In this document: piece after piece, positions 47,719 to 57,129 of the stretch | Layout: every line of letters begins with the position of its first letter | Position numbering within the stretch: position 1 is the stretch's first letter | Virus record (IMG/VR): IMGVR_UViG_3300050821_013430 | Span: 186,001 to 250,000 of that record | DNA: 64,000 nt | Reading direction: 5' to 3' (one strand) | Position numbers and translations under genes: made by a program | Notes under the pieces: model-generated | Databases searched by the model: none | Told to the model about the DNA's origin: nothing | What the model saw: only the letters and a program-made list of their open reading frames with translations

Positions 47719-47782
47719 TTTACACCGTATATTTGTATGTGGCGATATGCATAGTGTGGTATATATTTATTAGGAGAACGAA

Positions 47783-49132
47783 ATGCCAGCAAAGAAAACA
47801 ACAGAACAGTTCGTCCAAGATGCTCGTTGTGTGCATGGCGACACCTACGATTACTCTATGGTCATTTATATCAACAGCGCTACAAAAGTGCAGATTGGCT
47901 GCATCCAACACGGGATTTTCTTGCAAACGCCCAACGATCATTTAGGCGGACATGGCTGCAATAAATGTGCCAAAATAATAACTGCTAACAAGAAAAGAAG
48001 AACAAATGATAGTTTTATTGTTATGGCAAACGAAACTCATGGCAATAAATATGATTATTCACTTGTGGAATATTGTGATAGTCTTACAAAAGTAAGTATT
48101 AAATGCTCTAAACACGGAGTATTTAGTCAGACCCCAGCGAGACATCTTTCTGGTCAAGGGTGTCCTAAATGTGGCAGAGAAAAAGCAAATGATAGCATGC
48201 GCAAGGAACTATCTGATTTTATCAACGAAGCGATAAGCATACATGGCACTACATATGATTATTCATTAGTTGAATATATTACAACACATAAACCAGTGAA
48301 TATAATATGCAAAATTCACGGAAATTTCCAACAGACGCCACACGGTCATTTAGAAGGCCGTGGGTGCCCAAATTGTGGCTATGAATGCGTATCACAAAAA
48401 CTTTTATCTAATACAGGTGCCTTTATACAGAAGGCACAAGAAAAATATGGAAATCTATATGATTATAGTTTTGTTGAATATATCAGTAGTCATATACCGG
48501 TGTTAATTGTATGCCAAAAACACGGACTTTTTAGTCAAAAACCAATAACACATTTACAATATGGTTGTGTGCAATGTGGTTATGATACGACCAGTGAAAA
48601 ACTCTCATATACACTTAAAGAATTTGTGGCGAAGGCAGATATTATACATCATGATAAATATGACTATTCCAAATCAATATATGTGGGGTCTCGATCCGAG
48701 ATTTGCATTAAATGCCCGCAACATGGAGAATTTTGGCAGAAACCCGTAACTCATCTCAGGGGTTCTGGGTGTCCCAAATGTGGGAAATCTATTTCCAATG
48801 TAGAAACCATGTGGCTTGATACCGTTGGTGTCCCAAATGACAAAAATCATAGACAAGTATTGATTAGGATTACCGATGCACAATCTAAAAAGAAGCGTAT
48901 TATAGTTGATGGATTTATGCCGGAAACCAATACGATTTACGAATTTTTAGGAGATTTCTGGCACGGAAATCCATCAGTTTTTGATCTAAATACTATCAAT
49001 GCTGCCACTCATACAACTTTTGGAGAGTTATATGAAAATACTATTGAACGAGAGCGACTAATCAAACAAGCAGGGTATAATGTTGTCAGTATTTGGGAAA
49101 ATGAATGGCATAGAATAAAAAATGCTATGTGA
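47783..49132 (+). CDS. Putative homing endonuclease with 5 DUF723-like repeats and PD-(D/E)XK-like domain
   Basis: Five CxxHGxFxQxPxxH...CxxC repeats; IVDGF...YEFLGDFWHGNP. Confidence 0.72.
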   Translation: MPAKKTTEQFVQDARCVHGDTYDYSMVIYINSATKVQIGCIQHGIFLQTPNDHLGGHGCNKCAKIITANKKRRTNDSFIVMANETHGNKYDYSLVEYCDSLTKVSIKCSKHGVFSQTPARHLSGQGCPKCGREKANDSMRKELSDFINEAISIHGTTYDYSLVEYITTHKPVNIICKIHGNFQQTPHGHLEGRGCPNCGYECVSQKLLSNTGAFIQKAQEKYGNLYDYSFVEYISSHIPVLIVCQKHGLFSQKPITHLQYGCVQCGYDTTSEKLSYTLKEFVAKADIIHHDKYDYSKSIYVGSRSEICIKCPQHGEFWQKPVTHLRGSGCPKCGKSISNVETMWLDTVGVPNDKNHRQVLIRITDAQSKKKRIIVDGFMPETNTIYEFLGDFWHGNPSVFDLNTINAATHTTFGELYENTIERERLIKQAGYNVVSIWENEWHRIKNAM

Positions 49133-51014
49133 GCATTTCCAAAAAATCTAACTCTCCAATACATTGAACGCCAAGTTTTTTCGCTTTTTCACTTTTGGTG
49201 CTTGTCGAGTCGGATTGTGCTTGAACTAAATAAGTTAGACCCCGAGACACACTTTTGATTTCACCACCATTATTTTTGACCATTTCTTCAAGTTCTGCAC
49301 GCTGATGTTCCATTTTTCCAGTAAAACAAAAACTTTTACCATCAAATTTCCCGCCAATCACTTTTTCTTTCTTTTCCATTATCTTTACTCCATTTTTCAA
49401 CAATTTATCGATCACACTTTGATATTTTTTAAGTCCGTCAAATAAACTTTGTGATCTTGACTCGCCCATCCCTTTTACTTGCATCATTTTCTCAACAGAT
49501 AGAGACATCAGTTTATCTATATTATCATAGCCAGCACTTATCAAAAGACGAATACTGCTTGATCCTATTAAATTTATTGACAGTCCGCCTACAAATACAT
49601 CAAGAGGGATAGGATTTACTTTCCATAACTCCTGATGAACTTTGGTAGCGGATTTCTTTCCCATACGATCTAATGATTGTAAATCGTCAATAGTTAAGGT
49701 ATATAAGTCTGAAACATTTTCTACCAAATTTTCAGAGACTAATCTCTCAATTAATTTCTGACCCACTTCCAAGATGTTGAGTTCCTTGACCCAATTCTTG
49801 ATGCGACCAATGACTTGCTCGGGACACTTGTCGGTATTACGGCAAACCAAGTATTCCCCATCCATTACCAGTGAATGATCACAGGAAGGGCATTTCTTGG
49901 GGGCCTTGGCAACAATGGTAGCCTTCTTGACCACCTTTTCAACTCTCGGGATAATTTCTCCTGCCTTGCAGACCAAGACTTCTGCGCCTTCTCCCAATCC
50001 CAAACTTTCGATGTAGGAAAGGTTATAGACGGAAGCCTTCTCGATTTCAGAGCCGAGAAGTTTGGTCTTCTCAAACCAGCATCTTGGGTTTATTCTCCCC
50101 ATACTCCCAGTCTCCCAGGTGATGGCTTTGACGATGGCTTTGGCAAACTGATTGGCAAACTTGAACGCCATCTTGCCTTTGGGCCTGAGATTAGTTTCAC
50201 CAAGAGAGTGTTGGAACATAAGATCGTCGCAGGCCACTACTAATCCATCAATTTCGTAGTTGAGGCTATCGCGTGTCTTATCCTGGTAGTCTTGCCACAT
50301 TTGATTGACTTCTTTGGTAGTGGTATAAGACTTCCAATTAGGAGTAATGAAGCCATTCCCCTCCAAGAAGTCAAACTTCTCGTGTTCATAAACCCATTCT
50401 GGGTTATCTGTCAGGATGTCATACATCATCAGAGTAAGATGTTGGCAGCCCTCCCCATCCAAACGACGACACAAGCCGGATGCCGCGTTCCTGGGATTGC
50501 TATAAGTTGGAAAGTACTTTTGATGGTCATCTTTCAGGAGGACGATTTCACCGCGAATGACACCAGAGAAATCTTCCCAATAAGCATCCAGTTTCTTGAC
50601 TGCACCTTTCATTTTGCGAACATTGACGAGAATGTTTTCCCCAGTTTCTCCCCCGCCTCTAAGAATTGCCTTGACCAGTTTGCCATCCTCATATTGACAA
50701 CCGATGCTAAGTCCATCTAATTTCTCGGAGACCACAACGGGCTTGCCTTCGAGATCCTCGGTAATCCAGACGGTCATCTCCTCGGGCGTATTGACTTTGT
50801 TGAGAGAGCCCAGGGGGAAGAGATGCTTCTCCTTCTTCCACTCGGTGGTAGATGGCTCTGCACCGACCTCGGCAAGGATCGGATTGGTAGGATCTAAGAC
50901 GCCTAACTCGGCGATGAGCGCGTCAAACTCATCATCATCGATGATGGACTGACCATTGTAGTAAGCCTCTCGGGCTTTGTTGATGGTCTTCTCTAACTCT
51001 TGAACATTGGGCAT
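49125..51014 (-). CDS. ligA: NAD-dependent DNA ligase
   Basis: AYY.G..II.D.EFD, SL.KV, SEKLDG (KxDG), RGE, NPRNAASG, IDGLV, AFKF, HhH repeats, C-terminal BRCT (FCFTG). Confidence 0.95.
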   Translation of the reverse strand: MPNVQELEKTINKAREAYYNGQSIIDDDEFDALIAELGVLDPTNPILAEVGAEPSTTEWKKEKHLFPLGSLNKVNTPEEMTVWITEDLEGKPVVVSEKLDGLSIGCQYEDGKLVKAILRGGGETGENILVNVRKMKGAVKKLDAYWEDFSGVIRGEIVLLKDDHQKYFPTYSNPRNAASGLCRRLDGEGCQHLTLMMYDILTDNPEWVYEHEKFDFLEGNGFITPNWKSYTTTKEVNQMWQDYQDKTRDSLNYEIDGLVVACDDLMFQHSLGETNLRPKGKMAFKFANQFAKAIVKAITWETGSMGRINPRCWFEKTKLLGSEIEKASVYNLSYIESLGLGEGAEVLVCKAGEIIPRVEKVVKKATIVAKAPKKCPSCDHSLVMDGEYLVCRNTDKCPEQVIGRIKNWVKELNILEVGQKLIERLVSENLVENVSDLYTLTIDDLQSLDRMGKKSATKVHQELWKVNPIPLDVFVGGLSINLIGSSSIRLLISAGYDNIDKLMSLSVEKMMQVKGMGESRSQSLFDGLKKYQSVIDKLLKNGVKIMEKKEKVIGGKFDGKSFCFTGKMEHQRAELEEMVKNNGGEIKSVSRGLTYLVQAQSDSTSTKSEKAKKLGVQCIGELDFLEMLT

Positions 51015-51015
51015 C

Positions 51016-51237
51016 TTAGTGATCTCCTCCGCACTGCGGGCAGCATTCCTTGAAAGTCAGGAAGCCTGACTTTGATTTTCCGGGCTCTGTGGTGTAATAC
51101 TTACAGACACGCGCCATCCGTGGGCCCCAATTACCTACACCGGTAGCGATATAGGTTTTGACATCTCTGTCATTATGCACGCCCATACATCCGTTCCCTG
51201 TCGTACAACACCAGACATTTCTATCTAACACACTCAT
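51016..51237 (-). CDS. Hypothetical with C-terminal CPQCGGDH tag
   Basis: ORF track. Confidence 0.55.
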   Translation of the reverse strand: MSVLDRNVWCCTTGNGCMGVHNDRDVKTYIATGVGNWGPRMARVCKYYTTEPGKSKSGFLTFKECCPQCGGDH

Positions 51238-52049
51238 ATCTGTACTTCCTTTACCCAGTGAATTGTCCGCCCGTCTTTGGCTTGGCTTCGGATTACCGGA
51301 TTACCCAATGGGTCTTGCTTTTGTCCATAGACCTTGAATTGGTCGTAGAAGGTACCCACATTTCCATACAAGTCGGAATAGGTGGCAATGGTCGCCCCGC
51401 CCGCATCATAAGCCTCCCGTACGATCTTGATCAGAGACTTGCAGAGAGTGGTAAGTTGAGTATGGGTTAGTTGGCTGACCAATGTATCAGGCTTGATTTT
51501 AGCGGCATAGAGAGCCTCCGCCCTTAGATAATTCCCAGTTCCGCAAAACCATCTTTGATCTAGCATCACCTCAGCGATGGTCTTATGACCACGAGCCTTT
51601 TGCAGTTTGGCAATGAAACCCTCTGGTATATGGGGCCATTCCAAGGCATCCCAGCCCAAGGTATTCAGTTTCCGAAAGGTGTCCATTCGAGAACTGATCT
51701 TGAAAGTCCCAAAATGTCTTGGGTCATTGAAGTAGATGCTACCATTGTCGAAGTCAAATTGAAGGGCAGAGTGCTTTTGCTTCTTGCCAAAAGAGCCCGT
51801 CATTCCGAGCGTGATATGGAAATCAACATCGGCATTGTTGCTGTCAAATGCTTGCCAATAGAGAAACTTGCCCTTGCAGCACATTCGCACATTGGTAAGC
51901 GGCCAATCGAGCCTATCCAAAAGGGCGTGGGTAATATCCATTCCTTTCCCGAAGCGCCCTCCTATTACTGCAATATGGGCCAAATTATGACCTCCAAATT
52001 CAGCATTGAGTTGATTGGTTATGCGTTTGACTTCGGCCGATTCAGGCAT
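51234..52049 (-). CDS. Fpg/Nei-family DNA glycosylase/AP lyase lacking the C-terminal zinc finger
   Basis: N-terminal PE, KGKF, LGMTG, DPRHFG, H2TH LDQ...GTGNYLRAEALY. Confidence 0.88.
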   Translation of the reverse strand: MPESAEVKRITNQLNAEFGGHNLAHIAVIGGRFGKGMDITHALLDRLDWPLTNVRMCCKGKFLYWQAFDSNNADVDFHITLGMTGSFGKKQKHSALQFDFDNGSIYFNDPRHFGTFKISSRMDTFRKLNTLGWDALEWPHIPEGFIAKLQKARGHKTIAEVMLDQRWFCGTGNYLRAEALYAAKIKPDTLVSQLTHTQLTTLCKSLIKIVREAYDAGGATIATYSDLYGNVGTFYDQFKVYGQKQDPLGNPVIRSQAKDGRTIHWVKEVQI

Positions 52050-52051
52050 CG

Positions 52052-52366
52052 TTATTCCCCATACACATCAGCATCAATCCATTGCACACATTCAATCGCA
52101 CGTAAGGTGTTATACACCTCATCTCGCTTCTTCTCATTCACCCCAATTCTCACTAAGGGTAGAGCGTTGATATGGGCATCTTGATAGACAAGAGTGTCTT
52201 TCAGCAGTTTGATGTCTTTGGCTTTGATCAGGGGCTCGATAGCGGTCAGAAAAGTCTGCTTGACCTTATCATCCAGTTTGGCCTGACCCGCTTGGGTATC
52301 GGCCTTCTTGTCGCCCTTCTTGGGGTAGTAGGGAGTTTGGTGTAGGAAGATAGTGTAGTGTTTCAT
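52052..52366 (-). CDS. Hypothetical protein
   Basis: ORF track. Confidence 0.5.
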   Translation of the reverse strand: MKHYTIFLHQTPYYPKKGDKKADTQAGQAKLDDKVKQTFLTAIEPLIKAKDIKLLKDTLVYQDAHINALPLVRIGVNEKKRDEVYNTLRAIECVQWIDADVYGE

Positions 52367-52737
52367 TTGAGTAGCGGTAATCCCTTGATTAGTTTGGGAG
52401 CATTGGATTTGCGAACGGGGAACAGGGCCGCGCAGGTGATGGTGCCCGGATCAATTTCCGTTCGACCCGCGTCGCGCACCGTCGCATCCGCCAAGCCTTC
52501 GTCCAACAAGGCTTGCCATTCCACTTCGGATGCTGCCAACACCACCTTGGCGTGGGCGCTTTCCATCCACTCCTGCATCACTTGCTTCTGCTGCTTGGAA
52601 AGAGATGGCGTATTGGTGTAATAGCGTTGTAGGATGTATTGTAGAGCGTGGCAGCACTGGGCTGCGGTTTTGCCCGTTGAGAGACCTAACTCTTTGCGGA
52701 CGACGATGTAGAGAACAGGCTCGTTGGGATCACTCAT
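52363..52737 (-). CDS. pth2: Peptidyl-tRNA hydrolase type 2
   Basis: VVRKEL.LSTGKTAAQCCHA, KVVL, DAGRTEI.PGT. Confidence 0.88.
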   Translation of the reverse strand: MSDPNEPVLYIVVRKELGLSTGKTAAQCCHALQYILQRYYTNTPSLSKQQKQVMQEWMESAHAKVVLAASEVEWQALLDEGLADATVRDAGRTEIDPGTITCAALFPVRKSNAPKLIKGLPLLK

Positions 52738-53212
52738 TGGGTGCCCTCACAATCTTGAACGGTTCATACGGACTAACATAGAAATAGCCGCGCTGGTAAT
52801 CAGCATATCCTTCCGCTCGATTATAGTCAGACTTCTTGCCATCCGCACGCTTGGGGGCGTTGGGCAATGCATTCACTGGCTTGATTTGTAGATACACTTT
52901 GATAGTGCTGGCTGCTTTGGGGTAGAGCCAAAAGTAGTAGTACTTACTTTGACCAGCGTATGGTAGATTGTCATAGTCAATGTCGTTATTGAATTTGGCC
53001 AGCAATTGGCAATGGATATGGTCGAGAGCAAACTCGACGTAGGGGCCGAGGTCGCCATAGACAATCCGCCGATAGCCACGAGCGAAGAGTATTCCGTTAG
53101 GAAGGTGAAACTCGGTAGTTTCATCGCCTTGTTCAGGGAGTGTAAGTTTCTCTTCCAATTCTTGCTTGTCTTCTAAGCGATTGGGATAGATGGCGGTAGT
53201 TTGGAAAGTCAT
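52730..53212 (-). CDS. Hypothetical protein
   Basis: RIVYGDLGPYVEF...YADY..G.FYVSP; coupled. Confidence 0.5.
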   Translation of the reverse strand: MTFQTTAIYPNRLEDKQELEEKLTLPEQGDETTEFHLPNGILFARGYRRIVYGDLGPYVEFALDHIHCQLLAKFNNDIDYDNLPYAGQSKYYYFWLYPKAASTIKVYLQIKPVNALPNAPKRADGKKSDYNRAEGYADYQRGYFYVSPYEPFKIVRAPNE

Positions 53213-54645
53213 TCATCTTCCTCGATATTGATCTTCCTAACCATATACAGTTTGCCCCGCGTCCTCGTAAAGGCCACATAATTGCATCGACGTTCTTCCT
53301 CTGAGTTAGACCTCAATGTATCCGCTAAGATGAATACCGTATCACTTTCCTTCCCCTTGATACGATGTATCGATGAGCCCAATACAATACTCCTTTCATC
53401 CCCGTCCTTGAACAAGTTCTTGATGTTATCTTTTACCTCTTCAATGGAGGAAGTGCCGCTGCATAGATTTTGCAAGCATTCCGCCTTGTCCGAAATCCAT
53501 TCGGTGTTGGCTCTTGGGTTTTTGTCCAGCATTCGTTTCCGTTCGGTTTTCTCCCAATTATCGAGCCATTTGAGGAAGGCATCTACTTTCTTTTTCTTGG
53601 AACGCTTGATCAGGTATAGTAGCCCATCACCAATATCCCTACCGAGGATGTTAGTAGGTATTCCGTTTTTGATTAGCCTCATACACAAGGCTATCAATGG
53701 GGCATTAGTTCTACTCAACAAATAGGAGTTAGGTTTGATATGCTTCTGAATATCGACAAGGGCTATATTGATGATTTCCCCATCACCATTATGCTCGAAT
53801 GGTTGGATATCAGATACGATCTTCTGCGCTAAGGCGACTATCTTTTTAGGGCATCGATAGCAAATTGGTAGTGGAAACTCTTTCGGTTTCAGTCGGTGTC
53901 GTAAGTTATCTAAGGCCGATGCATCCGCTCCTCTCCAATTGTAAATTGCCTGCCAGGGGTCAATGACCGCGATCACTCTACCACCAGGCTTGACCACCGA
54001 TAATGCTAACGCGATCATAATCTTGGATAGGTCGTGGCACTCGTCGATCATTACCACATCAAAACTTCCGGCATTCAGATTGAATACAAAAGGCCACCAA
54101 ACCATATCATCATAATCGAGAGTATCAGTCTTTTCTTTACACTGCCTGAGAGCCTTACATACATACTGAATGAATACTTCGCGTTCGACATCGCAAGTAT
54201 CGATACCATATTGATCAATCAGATCATCAATTTTGGACGATGTATCAATAATGGTCGATTTGCATAGTGAAACGGTTTTGCACACATTGTCAATCAGATC
54301 GTAGCGTTCTTTTGGGTCATCAACGAGATTTTCTACGATCTCCCAGCACTTATTGTTGTTGAGAACGACATTAGGAAATCGTTGGCGCACTGCTCGATAC
54401 CCGAGGCTATGTAGCGTCATACAATCCACGAAAGAGCCAAGTTTGCTACTCAATTCTTCTTGAATTGACTTGTTGAATGCACAAAATAGCAGCCGCTTAC
54501 CTTTGGGTATATATTTGGCACCCTCGACAAGGACGGTAGTTTTTGCTGAGCCCGCGCGAGCAATGACAATCAAATTGTCGTTAGTTTTGGCAATGGCCCT
54601 GAATATATCGACCTGGTACGACGACCAGTCCAGTTTCTTCTGCAT
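53209..54645 (-). CDS. UvrD/Rep-family SF1 helicase
   Basis: ARAGSAKT, DECHD, DPWQAIYNWRGA, CYRCP, SIHRIKGKE, YVAFTR. Confidence 0.9.
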   Translation of the reverse strand: MQKKLDWSSYQVDIFRAIAKTNDNLIVIARAGSAKTTVLVEGAKYIPKGKRLLFCAFNKSIQEELSSKLGSFVDCMTLHSLGYRAVRQRFPNVVLNNNKCWEIVENLVDDPKERYDLIDNVCKTVSLCKSTIIDTSSKIDDLIDQYGIDTCDVEREVFIQYVCKALRQCKEKTDTLDYDDMVWWPFVFNLNAGSFDVVMIDECHDLSKIMIALALSVVKPGGRVIAVIDPWQAIYNWRGADASALDNLRHRLKPKEFPLPICYRCPKKIVALAQKIVSDIQPFEHNGDGEIINIALVDIQKHIKPNSYLLSRTNAPLIALCMRLIKNGIPTNILGRDIGDGLLYLIKRSKKKKVDAFLKWLDNWEKTERKRMLDKNPRANTEWISDKAECLQNLCSGTSSIEEVKDNIKNLFKDGDERSIVLGSSIHRIKGKESDTVFILADTLRSNSEEERRCNYVAFTRTRGKLYMVRKINIEEDE

Positions 54646-54669
54646 CCTCTACTTGTAATTCCACACCAT

Positions 54670-54882
54670 TCACTTGTCAATGCCCAACAATCGCAAACAC
54701 ATCCCACACTTCTCTTTTCTCCGCTTCCTCACCGTCGAGAAACGCCTACCACACATTGTTCTCGGCCCACCATTCGGGATGTAATGCTGCGTGCTGCCTT
54801 CCTCAGCATCATCGAATACCTCGACCCACCAGCCCCTTCCTGTTTGGCCGTAGTAGGCTTCTTCAAGGGGTCTAATGCTCAT
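54670..54882 (-). CDS. Hypothetical protein with Cys/His cluster
   Basis: Start trimmed to MSIRP. Confidence 0.4.
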   Translation of the reverse strand: MSIRPLEEAYYGQTGRGWWVEVFDDAEEGSTQHYIPNGGPRTMCGRRFSTVRKRRKEKCGMCLRLLGIDK

Positions 54883-55213
54883 TTGGATTCTTCTTCCACT
54901 CCTCAAATCCCACCTTCTCAATCTCTTTCTCGACACATTTATTGCAGGTTCCATAGGTGCATTTCACCCCACAAGTCCCACAAGAGGGACAATTGGCTTC
55001 GACCCATACTCGACACTCGGGGCAGTCAGTTTCCTCGGCGGTGAAAGTGTATCCAACATCGCAAGCGGGTTTGGGCAAATGGCTGTACTTATTGTCGCGC
55101 TGCACGATTGCCCAAGTCGATAGGACTTTCCCGCACGCCATCGTAGCATCCTGCGCGGACTGATAGACTTCGACGCAGTAATGAATGGCTTGTCCATCCC
55201 AATCTTCAATCAT
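54872..55213 (-). CDS. Cys-rich hypothetical protein
   Basis: Several CxxC pairs. Confidence 0.45.
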   Translation of the reverse strand: MIEDWDGQAIHYCVEVYQSAQDATMACGKVLSTWAIVQRDNKYSHLPKPACDVGYTFTAEETDCPECRVWVEANCPSCGTCGVKCTYGTCNKCVEKEIEKVGFEEWKKNPNEH

Positions 55214-55215
55214 TG

Positions 55216-55617
55216 CTAAAACCACATCAATTCCAACACTCCGTCCTTATTGAGAGGACAAGTGATCATTGCTACGGCAGGATGGAATAGGCTTGGGCGT
55301 CTGGTAGTAAAAAGTCCGTGTTCAACATAGAGATTAGCGTTGAGCGGATATTCTGCTTGGTGATCATACATATCAGTCTGAAAAATCATCCGCGTTCCCC
55401 AAACGGTCATTCGGTTAGTACCCTTTGTACTATCATCGTGCTGATCTCTTATGTCGTCAATAATGCCAATGGGGGCGGTACCATCTGATACGGTGGCGAC
55501 TACCTGACTATCAGCCACAATGAGTTGCGCCACCATACCGGGTGAAAATGTAGCGTTTGGATGGACGAGGAAAGAAGCCGGTAATCCGTGTCCAAAAGTA
55601 TTTACAAGTCGTAGCAT
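55216..55617 (-). CDS. Hypothetical beta-rich protein, possibly capsid decoration-like
   Basis: F.PGMVAQL...APIGIIDD pattern; functional guess only. Confidence 0.35.
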   Translation of the reverse strand: MLRLVNTFGHGLPASFLVHPNATFSPGMVAQLIVADSQVVATVSDGTAPIGIIDDIRDQHDDSTKGTNRMTVWGTRMIFQTDMYDHQAEYPLNANLYVEHGLFTTRRPSLFHPAVAMITCPLNKDGVLELMWF

Positions 55618-55618
55618 A

Positions 55619-55972
55619 TTAGTGTCCTTTCTTACTTGGTGTTTGTCTCGTTATCGTTTCTATCTGTCTATACATCTTGGCTGCCTCCCCTAACTCGGGA
55701 ACATTATGGGCATACTTTTCCGCTACTTCCAAAACATAGAGAAGGTATTGCAGTTCCATTTCGGCATAATATGGGTCTTCGTGTAGTTCGGGTTTGAGAT
55801 ATGGTCGTAGGCTTTCTTCTGACCATTTTGGATTGGCCTCGCGTACGGCAGTGTTGCGCTCTTTGTTCATTACTCGTGCGCAAATTTTCACCGGGTTGAA
55901 CATATGCTCTGCGATATACTTACAACCTTCTTCGGTCGAAAGGAGTTCTTCCAATGACTTCTTATCGCTCAT
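55619..55972 (-). CDS. Hypothetical protein
   Basis: GGGAG SD before MSDKK. Confidence 0.5.
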   Translation of the reverse strand: MSDKKSLEELLSTEEGCKYIAEHMFNPVKICARVMNKERNTAVREANPKWSEESLRPYLKPELHEDPYYAEMELQYLLYVLEVAEKYAHNVPELGEAAKMYRQIETITRQTPSKKGH

Positions 55973-56237
55973 AATGTCTCTCCCATCCCTCAATAAATCC
56001 ATCCACAAAGCATTGCAGTTTGATTTGCCTCGCGTCGCCCAATGTATCCCAAGTTGCCCTTTTGATCATCAGCCGTGAGGTATGACCGGCTTCGACATTT
56101 ACGAAGTCAGTCCAAATACCTCGCTCTATTCCCAGCCAAATGGCTACTTCATATGCCGCATCATTCAAGCAGTCTTCTTCTTTGGAAGTGCCAAGACAAT
56201 AAGTCTCGATCTCGTTGCCTTCATTGTCAATCATCAT
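55962..56237 (-). CDS. Hypothetical protein
   Basis: Coupled ORF. Confidence 0.45.
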   Translation of the reverse strand: MMIDNEGNEIETYCLGTSKEEDCLNDAAYEVAIWLGIERGIWTDFVNVEAGHTSRLMIKRATWDTLGDARQIKLQCFVDGFIEGWERHYER

Positions 56238-56413
56238 ATCTGTCCCATCAAAATTGACCTAACTATTTTCATCTTCCTCTGCCATTCGGCCAATAACTCT
56301 TCACTCTCTAAAAGTTCTCCAAGTCGTTCTTCCAATGCTTGATGATCTACGGGCCCTTCCCATAAATCACCAAATACTACCTTGTTGATCTTTTTGACTG
56401 TTAGTTTCTTCAT
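56234..56413 (-). CDS. Hypothetical protein (59 aa, not in ORF track)
   Basis: Manual translation MKKLTVKKINKVVFGDLWEG...; ATGA overlaps at both ends. Confidence 0.5.
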   Translation of the reverse strand: MKKLTVKKINKVVFGDLWEGPVDHQALEERLGELLESEELLAEWQRKMKIVRSILMGQI

Positions 56414-56646
56414 CCCTCAAATCCTCCCTCTATTTTCTTGCCTTGCTTGATCATCTCGGCCGCTTTGGCAAATGCCTCGGCTTCGGCGCAATGGCTTGTT
56501 GCCCACCGCATAACTAAAACTTCCTCCGCATCTTTGAGAGCTTTCTTTTCCAATGAGAGCAAAAACTCCACCACCTTGGTGCGCATTTCTTCATAGCCTT
56601 GATCATAACTATCGTGTAAGTCTTCCATATTGATACCAAGTGCCAT
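56410..56646 (-). CDS. Hypothetical protein
   Basis: Start trimmed to MALGIN. Confidence 0.45.
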   Translation of the reverse strand: MALGINMEDLHDSYDQGYEEMRTKVVEFLLSLEKKALKDAEEVLVMRWATSHCAEAEAFAKAAEMIKQGKKIEGGFEG

Positions 56647-56657
56647 CGTATTTTTCT

Positions 56658-56894
56658 CTATCGGGGATTTATTGACCGGACATAGATGTTGTCCTGCCCC
56701 ACACAAACTGCTCGATTTGGATAGCAGGCTTGAATTGGATCGTCGCCGCAAACCATTTTGCAGGCACTCATTTGCATTGCTTGCTCCCTCACACCCGCGC
56801 CACAATAAACAAGCAAAAATCCAAAACTTACCAGCATAAGCAGCGCAAATCCGACCGTGCCTGCGATCTCCCAAAATTGTTCTCGTGTCATCAT
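56658..56894 (-). CDS. Small membrane protein with Cys-rich C-terminus
   Basis: One TM helix followed by four Cys; ATGA overlap. Confidence 0.5.
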   Translation of the reverse strand: MMTREQFWEIAGTVGFALLMLVSFGFLLVYCGAGVREQAMQMSACKMVCGDDPIQACYPNRAVCVGQDNIYVRSINPR

Positions 56895-57127
56895 TGAAGT
56901 TTCCGACAATAGCAAGCGTTAGGTGTAGGGAATGGTTTAGAGAAGCAATTCCCCTGTAAACAAGTAGCCCGATCGGGATCATAGCAATTTGTTGAGCAGG
57001 ATGCATAGTGGGCGCCACGACAATCGAGCGCATCAACATAACACGAGTTCGAGTTAGGGCAATCTGCTGCCGCGAGCGAGGTACCCACCATCAGTGCCAA
57101 ACCTAAACCAATCATTACCTTCTTCAT
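56891..57127 (-). CDS. Small secreted Cys-rich protein
   Basis: Signal peptide MKKVMIGLGLALMVGTSLA followed by 9 Cys; GAGG SD. Confidence 0.6.
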   Translation of the reverse strand: MKKVMIGLGLALMVGTSLAAADCPNSNSCYVDALDCRGAHYASCSTNCYDPDRATCLQGNCFSKPFPTPNACYCRKLQ

Positions 57128-57129
57128 TG

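Noticed and set aside
17787-51042. CxQC-x3-H as a heme c attachment motif, a DNA repeat, or an SD artefact
   Set aside because: Heme c needs CxxCH with adjacent His, and these proteins have no export signals. Codons vary synonymously, so it is not a nucleotide repeat. A purine-rich SD for the next gene overlaps the x3 positions in some cases but cannot explain Cys, Gln and His.
56410-57039. 209-aa ORF as a single gene
   Set aside because: Its 5' two-thirds overlaps two better-supported genes in other frames; only the part from about 56646 is retained.
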